In this document: one piece after another, positions 61,462-64,000 of the stretch
How the letters are laid out: every line of letters begins with the position of its first letter
Numbering within the stretch: the stretch's first letter is position 1
Virus record (IMG/VR): IMGVR_UViG_3300025723_000018
Direction: 5' to 3' (one strand)
Length of the DNA stretch: 64,000 nucleotides
Source of the DNA: an uncultured virus (IMG/VR IMGVR_UViG_3300025723_000018)
Lineage: Duplodnaviria; Heunggongvirae; Uroviricota; Caudoviricetes
Position numbers and translations under genes: made by a program
Notes under the pieces: generated by a model
The model's input: the letters and a program-made list of their open reading frames with translations, nothing else
Told to the model about the DNA's origin: nothing
Databases searched by the model: none

Positions 61462-61726
61462 AACAAACTGTTTTTAGATTAACTGGGCGGCAATTGTTCA
61501 AATCCCCGTCCACGTGAAATACAGCAAATACTTCACTATGCGGTGACTTAAACCCGCATTTATCACACTGGTTTTTTAAACGATATCCAGCTCGATACCA
61601 CCGTGGCACTCCAGCATCTGCTCCGTGTTTTAAGCAGACATTACACATACTTCTATAAAACGTTTTACCGTTTTTCTTATAATTTACAGCGGTTGGGCGT
61701 AACCCGCACGAACATAGTGGTCTCAT
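61391..61726 (-). CDS. Zn-finger/HNH-like protein
   Basis: CxC, CxxC, CDKCGF, HVDGDLNN...NL..VCSNC; preceded by TAAATA at 61736-61731. Confidence 0.7.
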   Translation of the reverse strand: MRPLCSCGLRPTAVNYKKNGKTFYRSMCNVCLKHGADAGVPRWYRAGYRLKNQCDKCGFKSPHSEVFAVFHVDGDLNNCRPVNLKTVCSNCARVLHKEGVRWRQGDLVPDL

Positions 61727-61799
61727 ATTTTATTTAATTAAACTTGGCCTTTTCGAGACCTTTTCTATGGCGCATATAAGGCATAAAATTCCAAAATGC

Positions 61800-61807
61800 T
61801 ATAAATA
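61800..61807 (+). promoter_or_regulatory. Perfect T4 late promoter TATAAATA
   Basis: Exact consensus 33 nt upstream of the sheath ATG; SD GGAG follows. Confidence 0.8.
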
Positions 61808-61840
61808 CATACAAGAACATGTTCACATGGAGATTCTAAT

Positions 61841-64000
61841 ATGGCTCAACTAAGTTCACCAGGCGTAGCGGTTACAGTAGTAGATGAAAGTTTCTACACA
61901 CCAGCAGCCCCAGGTACAGTACCTTTAATCGTAGTTGCAACAGCAGCAAACAAAATGAATTCAGCTGGAACTGGTATTGCACCAGGAACAATGCCAGCAA
62001 ACGCAGGTAAAGTATACTTGCTAACAAGTCAAATGGATCTTGGAAATACTTTTGGTATTCCATACTTCCAAACTGACGCAGAAAATAATCCAGTTAACGC
62101 TGGCGAATTAAACGAATACGGTCTACAAGCTGCACACAGCTTCTTAGGCGTAAGTAATCGTGCTTATGTTGTACGTGCTGATGTTGACACAAGTCAACTA
62201 CACGCTCGCGCAGCAGCTCCAACAGGATTGCCAGCAGATGGTACATTCTGGTTTGATATTGCAGATAGCAATTTTGGTATTTTTGAATGGGACGGTGGTA
62301 GCACAAAAGCTTCTGATTCCGACTATTCAGAAACAGCACAATCTTTTGTTAACCAAACAATCACAGTTATCACTGACGCAACACTAGTTGGCGAAAACGG
62401 TGGCCCAATCAAGAGCTATGGTCAAGTTGGTGCATACGCTATCGTTGCAGCTACTACTGATCAAGCTGTTACATTGTGGTACAAGAAACAAGCAACTGAT
62501 ACTCTAGCAGGTACATGGGTAGAAGTTGGAACTAGTTCTTGGAAAGCCAGCTACCCAGCAGCAGCCGGAACTATTGCTCCTCCAGCAACTGGCGGCACCG
62601 CAATTGGATTTGGTCCTGCAACAGTATTTGAAGGTCATATCAGCGGAACAACATTGACTATTACTAGTGCTCCAACACAAGGTGGCTCACCAGTAACTAT
62701 TACTCCAGCACTAACAAATGGTCCATTGATAGTAAGCAATGATACTAACTACCGTAGTGGTACACGTATTACCGTACAAGTTGATGGTACTCCTGGCGGC
62801 ATTGGTACATATACTGTTAGCCAGAATTATCCTAGCAGATTCCCAGGTGGAGATGCTAGCATCAGCCTAAGTATTGATAGTCTAACAGCAGACACATTCT
62901 TGATCAACAGCGTACACATTCCTATCAGTTCAAGCAGTATTTCAGATCTAGCAAGTAGCATTAGAAGTACAATGAATGGTCTAAACATTGGTATTTCAGC
63001 AGCTGAGTTTAACGGTAAACTATACATTTATAGCGATGGTACAGCTAATGGCGGTACTGGTGAATTCCAATTGAATGGTACAGCAGTTAGCAAGTTAGGT
63101 TTGGAATCATCAACTACTTACTATCCACCAGCATTACAAATCAGTACACACTTTAACGTTCCAGCATTCAAGACCACAACAGGTCGTGGATACGGTTCAA
63201 GTACTACAGCAGGCGGTAAGCCAAGCGGTAGCGTCTGGGTTAAAACAACTAGCGTAAACAAAGGCGCAAATTGGGTTGTTAAGAAATATAATGCATCTTT
63301 AAATACATGGATCATTCAAAGTGCTCCAATGTACGCAAATGGTGCAGCAGCTCTAGCAGCTCTAGATCCTAAAGGCGGTGGTGCAAACTTGTCAGTTGGC
63401 ACAACTTATGTTAAGTACGACTTGTCAGGAATGGACGTTGCAGACTTTAAGATTTTTGCAAGAAGCGGAGTTGGTGCAACAGTAGTTACAAGTATTCCAG
63501 TAACCGTAGGCGGTTCAGGATTTACTAACGGTACACAATATGCGTTTGACATCAGCTGGAGCACAACTGGTGCTAGTGCATACACAGCACCTACAACAAT
63601 TACTTTTACAGCTGGTTCATCAGCAGATGCTACTATTACACAAATATTAGAACAATTTACTAATATTAATGATGCAAATATTCTAGCAAAACGTGTTGGT
63701 AATACAATCAGTATTAGTCATTTAGCTGGCGGTGATATTGTATTCACAGACGGTGAAAATAGTCCATTATCTAAATTGTTTACAGCTGATGTTACAGCAA
63801 ACTATCACATGACAGATGATGGTTCGTCAACAATCGCTAGCTTATGGGTATCAACAATCGCTGGACAAGGATTTATTGTTCCAAGTTTAACACCTCCAAC
63901 AACAACTCCAGAAGATCAAACACTATGGTATAACAGCGACATTACTGAAGTTGATATTATGGTAAATGCTGGTCCTGGTAACGGTTGGGTAGGTTACGGA
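61841..64000 (+). CDS. Contractile tail sheath protein (T4 gp18-like), 5' part, runs off the window
   Basis: MAQLSSPGVAVTVVDESFY...FG.P...ELNEYGL.AA.S.LG...RAYVVRAD; appears open for 720 codons to the window end; absent from the ORF track because it has no stop. Confidence 0.88.
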   Translation, partial: MAQLSSPGVAVTVVDESFYTPAAPGTVPLIVVATAANKMNSAGTGIAPGTMPANAGKVYLLTSQMDLGNTFGIPYFQTDAENNPVNAGELNEYGLQAAHSFLGVSNRAYVVRADVDTSQLHARAAAPTGLPADGTFWFDIADSNFGIFEWDGGSTKASDSDYSETAQSFVNQTITVITDATLVGENGGPIKSYGQVGAYAIVAATTDQAVTLWYKKQATDTLAGTWVEVGTSSWKASYPAAAGTIAPPATGGTAIGFGPATVFEGHISGTTLTITSAPTQGGSPVTITPALTNGPLIVSNDTNYRSGTRITVQVDGTPGGIGTYTVSQNYPSRFPGGDASISLSIDSLTADTFLINSVHIPISSSSISDLASSIRSTMNGLNIGISAAEFNGKLYIYSDGTANGGTGEFQLNGTAVSKLGLESSTTYYPPALQISTHFNVPAFKTTTGRGYGSSTTAGGKPSGSVWVKTTSVNKGANWVVKKYNASLNTWIIQSAPMYANGAAALAALDPKGGGANLSVGTTYVKYDLSGMDVADFKIFARSGVGATVVTSIPVTVGGSGFTNGTQYAFDISWSTTGASAYTAPTTITFTAGSSADATITQILEQFTNINDANILAKRVGNTISISHLAGGDIVFTDGENSPLSKLFTADVTANYHMTDDGSSTIASLWVSTIAGQGFIVPSLTPPTTTPEDQTLWYNSDITEVDIMVNAGPGNGWVGYG

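Noticed and set aside
61745..61770. CCTTTTC direct repeat between the HNH-like and sheath genes
   Set aside because: Only two 7-nt copies with no convincing stem; too weak to call
220..63315. Numerous 60-160-aa antisense or alternate-frame ORFs inside long genes (e.g. 6859..7107, 35493..35861, 50661..51140, 62160..62387)
   Set aside because: Shadow ORFs arising from the biased codon use of Thr/Gly/Ser-rich genes; no evident RBS or motifs

Overview
This window is part of a large T4-like (myovirus, probably jumbo) bacteriophage genome and covers the virion structural region. About 31 kb of + strand tail and baseplate fibre-type genes come first. They include two giant paralogues of 2587 and 3197 aa, small adaptor-like genes and four spike genes with peptidase-S74-type chaperone tails. 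A ~12 kb convergent island of modifying enzymes follows: nine 2OG-Fe(II) oxygenase-family genes, three flavin-dependent tryptophan-halogenase-like genes, a PRMT-like methyltransferase and a Nudix hydrolase. The rest holds gp15/gp14/gp13-like neck and tail-completion genes, more fibre and glycine-rich adhesin genes, a dNMP kinase, an HNH-like gene and the 5' part of the tail sheath. (A)TAAATA late-promoter motifs precede many units. The most unusual signals are: (1) the gp15-like gene has no in-frame AUG for its apparent N-terminus, and a 51-nt structured segment containing an in-frame UAA points to AUA initiation from a split RBS or to ribosomal recoding; (2) the halogenase/oxygenase/PRMT island is coupled to late structural operons and may be a virion-modification system; (3) a 'hydrophobic C-terminal tail / ~115-aa adaptor / RY-start protein' triplet recurs four times; (4) there are structured 5' leaders and apparently leaderless late genes. 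All product calls come from motif recognition by eye; no searches were run.
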